From Candidatus Komeilibacteria bacterium (GTDB taxonomy: Bacteria; Patescibacteriota; Patescibacteriia; UBA1558), in assembly GCA_048538235.1 (NCBI GenBank), contig JBLYPX010000001.1, positions 392,013 through 456,012 of the forward strand: 64,000 nt of DNA, written 5' to 3'. The position numbers and the translations under genes are program-made. Shown piece after piece: positions 28,888-38,143 of the stretch. Each line of letters opens with the position of its first letter. The stretch's first letter is position 1. The notes below the pieces were generated by a model. It was not told where the DNA came from, ran no database searches, and worked only from the letters and a program-made list of their open reading frames with translations.

Positions 28888-28926
28888 AAAAAAACAGGGT
28901 TATTAAGTTAACTTAATGACCCTGTC
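28888..28926 (-). terminator. intrinsic terminator abutting the toxin ATG (AGGGTC family)
   Basis: Minus strand ACAGGGTCATTAAG-TTAA-CTTAATAACCCTGT-T6, then ATG. Confidence 0.75.
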
Positions 28927-28970
28927 TATGTAATTGAATAGTATCAACTCAGTTTAGCATTATCAATTCA

Positions 28971-30476
28971 CTATTTGCCAATTGTAAATATCTTTGTTTT
29001 CTTTAAAGCTACTTTGGCAAGTTCCATACGTTGCTGTGACTGAGCATAGAGAGTAAACATTCTCTCCCCTTTCTTAACAGTATCTCCATATTCAACGTTT
29101 AAATAAATACCAGCCATCTTTTCAGCAGGAGCTCCCAATATTCTACAAAGGGTATTTATATTCTTGTTATTAGTAAAGGTAATCTTACCAGATTTTGGAG
29201 CGTCTACATAATATTTAATAGCTCCTATGGTAATATCTTCAGAATCTATCTTTTCATTACCACCCTGTGCTTTAATAATCTTTTGCATTTGTTTCCAAGC
29301 AGCACCTGATTCAAGTTGTTTCATAGCCATTGCTTTACCTTCACCTTTTTTAGCTTTGCCAGCAAGTTCTAGTAATTCACCAGCCAGTCTTACACCTTTA
29401 GTTTCTAAATCTAAAGGCCTGGTATCTTTTCTTTGCAAAACACGCAATACATCTCTAGATTCAAGTGATGGTCCAATACCTTTACCAATTGGATCTAAAG
29501 TAGTTGTTTTAATAACTTTCATCTTCATACCAAATCTTTTACCAATGTAAAGGAATTTCTTTTCTAGCATATTAGCTGTCTTCATATCTGGTATTTTAGC
29601 AGTATCTCCCACTGGCATGTCTATGATGAGATGATTAACAGAAGTTGCTACCTTTTTAGCCATGATAGAAACAATCATCTTATCGTATGGTTCTAAAGAT
29701 AGTGGATATGTAACTTTAAGTATTCTATCGTCAGCTGGTGCTAAGTTAAAGCCACCACCCCAAACCATACAAGAGTTTGTTTTAGCAACAATAGCCTTCA
29801 TATCTGCAGCTGTAAATGTAACCGGTGCTAATACTTCCATAGTATCTGATGTACCAGATGGTGAAGTAATAGCTCTTGATGATGTTTTAGGTATTTTAAG
29901 GCCAAGTGATGCTACAATTGGAATAATGAGCATAGTGGTTCTATTACCTGCTACACCACCAACTGAATGTTTATCTACCACTAGTCCTGTATATTTAATA
30001 ATATCTCCTGTTTCTGCTACAGCTTTTGTCATGTAATACAATTCATTATTTGTATATGGATACATATATGTAGCTGCCACAAAATATGTAATCTCTGTAT
30101 TAGAGATACGATTATTAACTATATCTTTAATAATGGAAAAACATTCTTCTTCGGTTAATTGTTTACCAAGTAATTTTCTTTGAATAGCTTTGATTGAAGC
30201 AGGTCTGCCTAAAACAGACACTTCCATTATTTCATTGGTTTCAATATCGTGCTTTGACCATATTTCTTCATATAGTCCAATTTGGCCTGGTTTAATTCGT
30301 TTGTCTGACAAATTAACTTCTACCACTGCCCTTTTGTTACCACGCCAAGAAAGGGCAATTTTATCCCCTGCGTGAATACCAAAATGATAAGCTTCCTCCT
30401 CATTAAGCATAGCAATAAGTGCTTGACCAGTTGAAAAGTCTAAACGCTTTGCTTTCAGATAATACGGTAATGACAT
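28971..30476 (-). CDS. AMP phosphorylase (thymidine phosphorylase family)
   Basis: DKHSVGGVAGNRTT, KTSSRAITSPSGTSDTMEVL, archaeal-type N-terminal extension. Confidence 0.92.
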   Translation of the reverse strand: MSLPYYLKAKRLDFSTGQALIAMLNEEEAYHFGIHAGDKIALSWRGNKRAVVEVNLSDKRIKPGQIGLYEEIWSKHDIETNEIMEVSVLGRPASIKAIQRKLLGKQLTEEECFSIIKDIVNNRISNTEITYFVAATYMYPYTNNELYYMTKAVAETGDIIKYTGLVVDKHSVGGVAGNRTTMLIIPIVASLGLKIPKTSSRAITSPSGTSDTMEVLAPVTFTAADMKAIVAKTNSCMVWGGGFNLAPADDRILKVTYPLSLEPYDKMIVSIMAKKVATSVNHLIIDMPVGDTAKIPDMKTANMLEKKFLYIGKRFGMKMKVIKTTTLDPIGKGIGPSLESRDVLRVLQRKDTRPLDLETKGVRLAGELLELAGKAKKGEGKAMAMKQLESGAAWKQMQKIIKAQGGNEKIDSEDITIGAIKYYVDAPKSGKITFTNNKNINTLCRILGAPAEKMAGIYLNVEYGDTVKKGERMFTLYAQSQQRMELAKVALKKTKIFTIGK

Positions 30477-30505
30477 AATCTATTTATATATTTTAATTAT
30501 TTAAT

Positions 30506-31771
30506 TTATTTACCCCAAAATTTAACAGCTTCTGCTAATTCTTTATTGTCTTTAATAAGTTCATTTAATTTTTTACCAGCCGTTATTCCTTCTACAGCTT
30601 GTCTAGCAGCCCGTGCCCCTGCCTTTCTACCGTCTGGATGTCCAAATATACCACCACCAAAGTTAATAATTACATTATTACCAATGTATTTCATAACTCC
30701 TGGTACCAGTCCTGGATGCAAACCGCCTGAAGCTATTGGCATAGCTGGTTTTAATGATGACCAATCACTTTGCAAGTAGTTAAAATGTTCCCAATCTTCT
30801 TTAAGGAAATTATCTATCTTAACAACTTCTTTACTTCCACCTTCCATTTTACCAACTACCGTTCCGGTGTGTAATTGATCAATACCAACAAGACGAGATA
30901 GTTTAGCTAGTACATACATAGTCATGCCGTGTGTTTCATCGCGAGTAAACATAGAATGACCAGCTCTATGACCATGCATAATTAAGCCTAAATTTTCTTC
31001 TCTTAAGGATTGAACTGCACTCCAGCCCATAGATACTATATCTACCATCATACACTTACCACCTTTTGCTTTAATGTATTTAGCTCTTTTTAAAGCAGTG
31101 TTGTATGGAGCGGTGATATTAATAATAGCTAGCTTTTCTTCACCAGTTTCTTTTTCTGCTTTCTTTCTTAATTTCATTAACCAGTCTACTCTATCTTTAA
31201 AGTGGTTAAATGACATGTCTGTTAAATTCTCATCGTCCTTTACTACATCCACACCATTTGACCATAGATCATAGGCAGCTTCTGCATGCTGTCTAGCTGT
31301 TCTACCCACTTTTGGTTTAATAATACTACCCACTAGTGGTCTATTCTTTATCTTTAACTTATTACGTATACCAGGAATACCAAATTTTGGTCCAGGCATA
31401 CTTTGTATATATTTCTTTGGGAATTCAATATCTAATAGCCTTAATCTTTCAACTACTTTCATTGAGAATATATTACCACCAATACTAGATAATAGTTGTG
31501 GCACATTACCAAGTTCAAACAAAGCTAAAGGATAAGCAATCTTTACCATATGTTTTTTCTTATCCTCCCAAATAATCTTTGGTGCTAATTGCTTGTATCT
31601 AGCTTTTGTTAAACCACCAATCTTTGTCCAAGTACCGATTGAGCTTTCACCAGCAATAGCATGAACTGCATCTTTCCATTGCAAAGATGAACGAAAAGAA
31701 AAAGTAGCTATAATATACTTCTCCTTATCTATTTTTTTATTTAATGCGTAAAAATTAAACTGATTATACAT
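30506..31771 (-). CDS. rbcL: RuBisCO large subunit, form III-like
   Basis: ESSIGTW, KPKVG, GVDVVKDDEN, HGHRAGH, HTGTVVGKMEG, SGGLHPG, GGGIFGHP. Confidence 0.93.
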   Translation of the reverse strand: MYNQFNFYALNKKIDKEKYIIATFSFRSSLQWKDAVHAIAGESSIGTWTKIGGLTKARYKQLAPKIIWEDKKKHMVKIAYPLALFELGNVPQLLSSIGGNIFSMKVVERLRLLDIEFPKKYIQSMPGPKFGIPGIRNKLKIKNRPLVGSIIKPKVGRTARQHAEAAYDLWSNGVDVVKDDENLTDMSFNHFKDRVDWLMKLRKKAEKETGEEKLAIINITAPYNTALKRAKYIKAKGGKCMMVDIVSMGWSAVQSLREENLGLIMHGHRAGHSMFTRDETHGMTMYVLAKLSRLVGIDQLHTGTVVGKMEGGSKEVVKIDNFLKEDWEHFNYLQSDWSSLKPAMPIASGGLHPGLVPGVMKYIGNNVIINFGGGIFGHPDGRKAGARAARQAVEGITAGKKLNELIKDNKELAEAVKFWGK

Positions 31772-31781
31772 ATTTTATTTA

Positions 31782-32705
31782 TTAATTATCTTGTATTAGC
31801 CATGGATAGGCTTTTTTAACTTTAGACTTTAATAGTCCAGGTTTTACTACTCCGAATTCACACAAAATACCAGTAATAAATTTAGCTGGTATCATATCAA
31901 AAGCGAAGTTCAATATTTCTAAGTTTTTAGGCCTATTATTCCATAATTCGTGTTCATCCCTCAATTCTACCTCTATCTTGTCATCTGCGTCCATTTTGAG
32001 CGCAGAAGCGGCTATATATACTGGAATACCAGCTTCATAAGCAGCTAAAGCTATCCCATAGCTCCCAATCTTATTATATACATCTCCCTGATGAGATATA
32101 CTATCTGCTCCAATAATTACCATATCCATCATTAACTCTTTACCCGAATGTTTGCTAATTAGGAAATCTGATGCTGAATCTGCCACCATAGTAACAGGAA
32201 GTCCTGCCTTTAATAGATTAGTGGCTGTTATTCTACCCTGGTATCTAGGTCTTGTTTCTGTATTAAAAACATTAAACTGTTTATCTTGCCACGCATTTAC
32301 AAGTATCTTTTCAACTAATGAAGAATGACAATGCGTAAAAATATTAGCATTCTTTTTAATAAGTTGTTTACCTTTTTTAATAGCTTCATCTTCAGCAAGT
32401 TGAATAAATTCTAACCAATCAGCTACTGCTTTTTCTAAAATAGCTGTTAACTGTAATGAATCTTCTTTAGAACTTTTTCTTAATTGAGATTTAGCATAGT
32501 TTAAACCATTGTGAAGAAGTGGTTCAGTTGGACGGGCAGCGGCTAATTTTGCAGCTGCTCTATCTATTTCAACTATATATTTATGACCATCTTTATTTAA
32601 ACCTCTACCAAACTCTGCAAGTGCCTTTAAAGCTTCACGAGCAACTGCTGTTGCACCCTGAATACGTAAACTCTTAATATCTCGGATTGTTTTAGATAAA
32701 GACAT
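31782..32705 (-). CDS. ribose-1,5-bisphosphate isomerase (eIF-2B family)
   Basis: IQGATAVA, RPTEP, THCHSS, ETRPRYQG, GADSI..NKIGS, NFAFD. Confidence 0.9.
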   Translation of the reverse strand: MSLSKTIRDIKSLRIQGATAVAREALKALAEFGRGLNKDGHKYIVEIDRAAAKLAAARPTEPLLHNGLNYAKSQLRKSSKEDSLQLTAILEKAVADWLEFIQLAEDEAIKKGKQLIKKNANIFTHCHSSLVEKILVNAWQDKQFNVFNTETRPRYQGRITATNLLKAGLPVTMVADSASDFLISKHSGKELMMDMVIIGADSISHQGDVYNKIGSYGIALAAYEAGIPVYIAASALKMDADDKIEVELRDEHELWNNRPKNLEILNFAFDMIPAKFITGILCEFGVVKPGLLKSKVKKAYPWLIQDN

Positions 32706-32754
32706 AAAAAAATAATATTATATTAATATTATAGCATAAATATATACTTTATAA

Positions 32755-34359
32755 TTATTTCTTGTTCTTAAAACTTGTAGCCCCTTTAGATACAGCATCT
32801 TCTAGGGAAATAGCCTGAGGAGCTTCTTTTGTACCAATTGCTTCTTCTGTTTCATTTGGCTCATCTTTAGCTTCTCCATCAACAGGCATAGCTTGTAAAC
32901 CTTCACGTGAAATCTTACCAGCTTTAAATAATTTTAGACAATCTGGACAAAATACTGGCCTTACACCGTCTGGTTTAAAAGCAGTAGATGTTTCAATACC
33001 ACAACGTGAACAATTAGTCTTAAAACCTTTATCTAGTTTATTACTCTTTTCTTTATCTTTCTCATCTTCTTCACTTAAACTCCAACGAGATATCTTATCT
33101 TCAATAATTTCTCTTTTTTTACAATATCTTTCACGAGAAACTTGAATAACTTTTTGTAAGTTATCTGTCTGATGATTTTTATCTAATGGCATTAAACCCA
33201 TAGCTGAAAAACCAGGTGAAGTTACGCCATCTATCATTAACTTTAGATAAAAATTAAATTTATTTAAATTAACTAAATCTATTTTAGTAAACTGAGGATA
33301 AAACTCCTTTTCTAGAAATTCTGCATCATCTGCACCCACTCTATATGCTACTAATGTACCAACGTTACCAATAATAGCGGCCTGTACTCTTTCATCTAAC
33401 TGTTCTCTATACTGGTGAGCTAGAATCATATTCAAGTGATATTTTCTAGCTTCAGATAGAATATCTGCAAAAGATTCAGTGGCAAAGTTTTGAAATTCAT
33501 CAATATATAGATAAAAGTCATTTCTTTCATTCTCTGGTATATCTACTCTACTCATAGCAGCTAGCTGAATTTTAGTAATAAGCATAGCACCAAGTAAAGC
33601 TGAATTATCTTCACCAATTCTACCTTTAGAAAGGTTTAAAAGTAATATCTTCTTATTATCCATTACCTCTCTTAAGTCTATAGCTGACTTAATCTGACCA
33701 ACTACATTACGTATAAGGAAAGATGAAAGAAAAGCACCAACTTTATTCTGAATAGGAGCAATAGCCTGAACTTGAAAATCTCCTTTATATTTCTCATACT
33801 CTGTTACCCAAAAAGCTTTTACAACTGGATCTGTAATCTGACTCACCACTTTTTTCCTATAATCTGTATCTACCAGCATTCTCTGAATACCAAGTAAAGT
33901 TGAATCTGGAAATTCAAGCAAAGCAAGTATGGCATTACGTAATACATATTCAAGTCTAGGACCCCATGTATCTGCCCAAATCTTTCTAAATACTCCAATA
34001 AGTCCAGATGCTACTAAATGCTGATGTTCTTTACCAACTTTTTCTAAAACATTAAAAGCAAAAGGATAATTAATATCTGCTGGGTTAAAATATATAACAT
34101 CATTTATTCTACTGGACGGGATATAGTTTGCTACCTTTTCTACCAAATCTCCATGAGGATCAACCACAGCTACACCATTACCATCTTTAATATCTTGAAT
34201 AATCATATTCTCTAAAGTGGTAGACTTACCAACACCAGTCTTACCAATGATATACATATGATTACGTCTATCTTTAACTTTAATACCAAACTTCCTAGTT
34301 ATATTCCTATAATTAGTCTGACCAAAAGCTGTTACTTTTTCTTCGTTTGTGACTGCCAT
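32755..34359 (-). CDS. VirD4/TraG/HerA-like P-loop ATPase with C-terminal CxxC-x17-CxxC domain
   Basis: GKTGVGKST, DPHGD, YIDEFQNF, SEARKY, AHQY; CSRC...CPDC. Confidence 0.85.
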   Translation of the reverse strand: MAVTNEEKVTAFGQTNYRNITRKFGIKVKDRRNHMYIIGKTGVGKSTTLENMIIQDIKDGNGVAVVDPHGDLVEKVANYIPSSRINDVIYFNPADINYPFAFNVLEKVGKEHQHLVASGLIGVFRKIWADTWGPRLEYVLRNAILALLEFPDSTLLGIQRMLVDTDYRKKVVSQITDPVVKAFWVTEYEKYKGDFQVQAIAPIQNKVGAFLSSFLIRNVVGQIKSAIDLREVMDNKKILLLNLSKGRIGEDNSALLGAMLITKIQLAAMSRVDIPENERNDFYLYIDEFQNFATESFADILSEARKYHLNMILAHQYREQLDERVQAAIIGNVGTLVAYRVGADDAEFLEKEFYPQFTKIDLVNLNKFNFYLKLMIDGVTSPGFSAMGLMPLDKNHQTDNLQKVIQVSRERYCKKREIIEDKISRWSLSEEDEKDKEKSNKLDKGFKTNCSRCGIETSTAFKPDGVRPVFCPDCLKLFKAGKISREGLQAMPVDGEAKDEPNETEEAIGTKEAPQAISLEDAVSKGATSFKNKK

Positions 34360-34360
34360 A

Positions 34361-35869
34361 TTATTCTACAAATGGTAAATTACCTGGAGGTATATTAGTA
34401 TCCTCCACTACTTCATCTTCTGAAGTATCTTTTTTAGCAAACTTCTTCTCAAATTCCTGATTAGAGAAATCATAATCCTTTAAACTATCTGGTAAATATT
34501 GCGCTTCTTCAACTTTTTGTTCTACAGGCTCTTCTGTAACAGGAGTTGGAATATCTTCTTCCATAGGCAGTGATGAAGGTGGCTCACCCTTCTTAGCCTC
34601 TGTACGCTTAAGAAGTGGAGCTTTAATAGTAAAGGCTGGGAAATGATAAAGAGTTGCTAACTCTTCGACGTTTAATATGAAAGCTGGCATTCCCATCCAT
34701 GTACTTCTAGTTTTATATGCTTTAACCAATTTATTTGTCTTAGCTATTATTCTTCTCTCAGCAAATAGATAATTAGCTTTAGTAGTAGCTGCTTTTGAAG
34801 GTTTGAACGAGTTTGAAGCACCTGAACCAAACTGTTTAACTACAGAGAAGAAAGTACCAACTCTTTGACCTTTTTTCCAAGCTTCTTTAGTTGCTGTATA
34901 TACAAGCCTTATCTTACACTCAAAACCTTCTTTAGCTAATTTTCTTTCAACAGATTCTAAACTATGTCTAGTAAGCGGTGTCATATTAAACATAGCCATT
35001 GAATCATCCTTTGGTGATTGAGCAGCAGACACCTCTAATGATGTACCAAATAATGAATTAGCAGCCTCTGCGCCCCAGGTAGCAGCTTCGGTAGCAATAG
35101 CTCCACCAAACTTACCTAATGCACCAGTATCTACCTTTGGTGCTTTACCTGTTATTTTATCTACTATAGCCTTACCTTTTCCTTGCCAGGCATAATCTCC
35201 AGGTTTAACTATTATTTGAAACCAAGCTTGTTCACCTTTACCTAGTCTAGAAAACATTTCCAGAAGCGCAGCCATTGGGTCTTTAAGTTCTTGTGTAAGC
35301 CCATGTTCAAATTCTTTATATGTTCTTATTGGATAAGCCCAATGTCTAACTTCTTCAAGCTCTGATCCCCAAAATTTATGTGTGTCGTTTGGATAAACAT
35401 CTGGAATAGTATCTACATAGTCTTCTACCTCTGTAATTTCTGCTTCTGGATACTGAGCATAAACAGCAGCTTCAATCATATCCCTTAAAAAGTCAGGGGT
35501 TCTTATTAAAAATTGTATATATCCATCTATTGAAACTATTTCTAAAGAAAAAGCTAATTGAACAGCACCTTCCCACCATAGCTCCCATTTACTGTATGGA
35601 GCATGAGCACCTGCTAAATTAGTCATCATCTGTTCAACTGCCATTGGAGATTGTTCATTATCTTTTGGCACATCAATAGCCAGTAAAACAAACTTCTTAT
35701 CTGACATCCATCTAGTCTGACGAGCATTTAGCCATTCAGTCCATAGAAACTGTAAAAATACAATAACAAAAAAAATCCATCCGCCTGATATAAACAACTC
35801 CCACATAACTTGGGGAACGGATAGACTTCCTAAATATTCAAAATATGATAAATCCAGATAGAATTGCAT
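34361..35869 (-). CDS. membrane-anchored partner of the VirD4-like ATPase (CPR-type)
   Basis: N-terminal TM, FSLEIVS, AQYPEAEI.EVEDY, ILNVEELATLYHFP. Confidence 0.7.
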   Translation of the reverse strand: MQFYLDLSYFEYLGSLSVPQVMWELFISGGWIFFVIVFLQFLWTEWLNARQTRWMSDKKFVLLAIDVPKDNEQSPMAVEQMMTNLAGAHAPYSKWELWWEGAVQLAFSLEIVSIDGYIQFLIRTPDFLRDMIEAAVYAQYPEAEITEVEDYVDTIPDVYPNDTHKFWGSELEEVRHWAYPIRTYKEFEHGLTQELKDPMAALLEMFSRLGKGEQAWFQIIVKPGDYAWQGKGKAIVDKITGKAPKVDTGALGKFGGAIATEAATWGAEAANSLFGTSLEVSAAQSPKDDSMAMFNMTPLTRHSLESVERKLAKEGFECKIRLVYTATKEAWKKGQRVGTFFSVVKQFGSGASNSFKPSKAATTKANYLFAERRIIAKTNKLVKAYKTRSTWMGMPAFILNVEELATLYHFPAFTIKAPLLKRTEAKKGEPPSSLPMEEDIPTPVTEEPVEQKVEEAQYLPDSLKDYDFSNQEFEKKFAKKDTSEDEVVEDTNIPPGNLPFVE

Positions 35870-35935
35870 GGGGTACGCATTCTATAAAGTTTAATAGACA
35901 GCAAGCATCTGCCTACACCTTTATTTTTATTTTAA

Positions 35936-37057
35936 TTAATCTGCGATCCAATACTTGTTTTTTTCAACACGTTTGAATCTCTTTTTATTCATAAGTGCAA
36001 GTTGAATAGTACTTTGTTTAACCATTCTTTTATCTAACACTCTTTCAATAATTTCACTCTTGGTTAATGGTTTACCAGCTTCTTCCATAACTGAAGTAAT
36101 AACATCGGCAACAACTCCTGGTTGGTAACCCCATTCTTTTAAGGCATAAATACCACGACCTACTAATACATATTGATCATCTAAAATTAATTCATTGTGA
36201 ATAGTTGCTGGATAAGCTGTCTTGTTATCGAACTTAGCTTCATTAATCTTATCTGCAATTTCTGTAAAATGCATTGGCTTACCTGCTTTTCGCATAACTA
36301 ATGAGATCTTATCGTTCATTCTCTTTGGCTTAATTGATCTCCAATCTGCAAGCCCCCATTCATCAAATGGATTATTATTAATCTTTGTAGTTAAATCTAA
36401 AGCATTTTGAACCACTTTATCGTTTAACTTACCGCTATATTTTTCAGCAATAGGTCTTTTCTGTATTTTCTCTAAAATATTTCTTCTTGGTAATGGTTCT
36501 GATCTATCCTTCAAGATATCTACTAAATCATCGATTAGCTCTTCTACAAATTCTACTTCTGCGGTTGGTAATTTCCAACTATCGTGTATTTTTTTATGTT
36601 TAACAACTTTATCTAATTTATGATCAAGTAATTTAGAGATAATGAAGCTTGTGGCTGCTCTATCTATATTCCTTGAAGTACCATAATTTAATATATTCTC
36701 ATATAAAGCATCTTCTCTCATTACACCGCCATGCTCTTCTAGTATATCTGAAATCATATTCTCAACTGGTTTTAACCTTTCTTCAATCTCTGGGTGATTA
36801 CGTATTTTCTTAATAGTACTGTTTTCAATCTGTCTAATTCTTTCACGAGTGACGTCAAAAAGCTTACCTATTTCTTCTAGGGTTTTAGCTTCTGTTTCGT
36901 CTAATCCATAGCGATGCACAATAACATCCTTTTCTCTATCTGAAAGATTAGAAAATAGTAAGTTTAAGATTGAACTTGGTTCAAAATTAGCAATATCTTC
37001 AGCAGTTTGTGAAGAGATTACTTTATCTAAAATTGAGTTTGTTGATTCCATAATCAT
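35936..37057 (-). CDS. sigma70 region-4 plus HARE-HTH (RpoE/delta-like) fusion protein
   Basis: [13 protein letters not shown]...[18 protein letters not shown]; TIHNELI...[15 protein letters not shown]. Confidence 0.8.
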   Translation of the reverse strand: MIMESTNSILDKVISSQTAEDIANFEPSSILNLLFSNLSDREKDVIVHRYGLDETEAKTLEEIGKLFDVTRERIRQIENSTIKKIRNHPEIEERLKPVENMISDILEEHGGVMREDALYENILNYGTSRNIDRAATSFIISKLLDHKLDKVVKHKKIHDSWKLPTAEVEFVEELIDDLVDILKDRSEPLPRRNILEKIQKRPIAEKYSGKLNDKVVQNALDLTTKINNNPFDEWGLADWRSIKPKRMNDKISLVMRKAGKPMHFTEIADKINEAKFDNKTAYPATIHNELILDDQYVLVGRGIYALKEWGYQPGVVADVITSVMEEAGKPLTKSEIIERVLDKRMVKQSTIQLALMNKKRFKRVEKNKYWIAD

Positions 37058-37194
37058 GAATATTATTTTATTTAAGCATGATACAGACTAAACCTTAATA
37101 TGAATAAAATATAGCATTTTTTCTATTAAAAGTCAATATCCCCTCTATATTACTAAAATAATCCAATACTGTCAAGGCCTAGAGACAAGTAAAC

Positions 37195-37220
37195 AAAAAA
37201 TGACCCAAATACGGGTCATT
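37195..37220 (-). terminator. terminator after secF
   Basis: AATGACCC-loop-GGGTCATT with an A/T tract. Confidence 0.65.
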
Positions 37221-37242
37221 CAATAAATAGCTTAATATATAC

Positions 37243-38142
37243 CTATTTCTTCATCTTATACCAAACCATTAATAGCGGGCTGGCTATGAAAATTGATGAA
37301 TAAGTACCAATAATGATACCAAATATCATAGTCATGATAAATTGCTGTATAGAAGCACCACCAAATAGATATACAGATACAAGTACTAGTAGTGTTGTTA
37401 ATGAAGTATTTAATGAACGTACAATTGTTTCATTAATACTCTTATTAACTACCTCACCAAAGGTAATATCATGTGAATGGAATAAATTTTCACGAGTCCT
37501 ATCAAAAGTAACAATAGTATCGTGAACAGAAAATCCCATAATAGTAAGTAAGGCTGTTACAAATAATGTATCTACCTGGTAATTGAAAAAGTGTCCCAAG
37601 ATACTAAATAGTCCAACTGTAATAAATACATCATGAGCTAAAGCAACAATAGCAGCTAAACCATATTTCCATGAAGCTACTGGGAAAGATACTTTTCTAA
37701 ATGCAAAAGCTATATATGCAACAATAGCTAACAGCACAACAAAGATTGAAGTTAATGCTTTACCTTTTAATTCTTGACCAATAGTTGGTCCAATAGAATC
37801 ATATCTTAGCTCTTCAATACTTCCCTCTTGCTCTACTACCTTTTCTTCTAAACCAGCTAGTATTTGTGTATGTTGATCTTCATTTAAATGATTTGTACGA
37901 ATAAGTAATGTATTATCTCCGGCTGGCTGAACAATTGACTCTTCTATACCTAAATCTGTTAATACTTGTTCAACAACAGCATTTTCTAAACTTGCGTCAG
38001 TTAACTTAAGTTCCATTATACTTCCACCTGTAAAATCTATACCGTAATTTAAACCAAAAGTTAAAATACCAATAATACTTAAGACAACTAATAGCCCTGA
38101 GAATGAAAACCAATATTTTCTTGTATTAATTATATTAAACAT
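37243..38142 (-). CDS. secF: protein translocase subunit SecF
   Basis: GIDFTGGS, IGPTIG.EL, GFSVHDTIVTFDRTRE, RSLNTS, GTYSSIFIA. Confidence 0.96.
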   Translation of the reverse strand: MFNIINTRKYWFSFSGLLVVLSIIGILTFGLNYGIDFTGGSIMELKLTDASLENAVVEQVLTDLGIEESIVQPAGDNTLLIRTNHLNEDQHTQILAGLEEKVVEQEGSIEELRYDSIGPTIGQELKGKALTSIFVVLLAIVAYIAFAFRKVSFPVASWKYGLAAIVALAHDVFITVGLFSILGHFFNYQVDTLFVTALLTIMGFSVHDTIVTFDRTRENLFHSHDITFGEVVNKSINETIVRSLNTSLTTLLVLVSVYLFGGASIQQFIMTMIFGIIIGTYSSIFIASPLLMVWYKMKK

Positions 38143-38143
38143 A

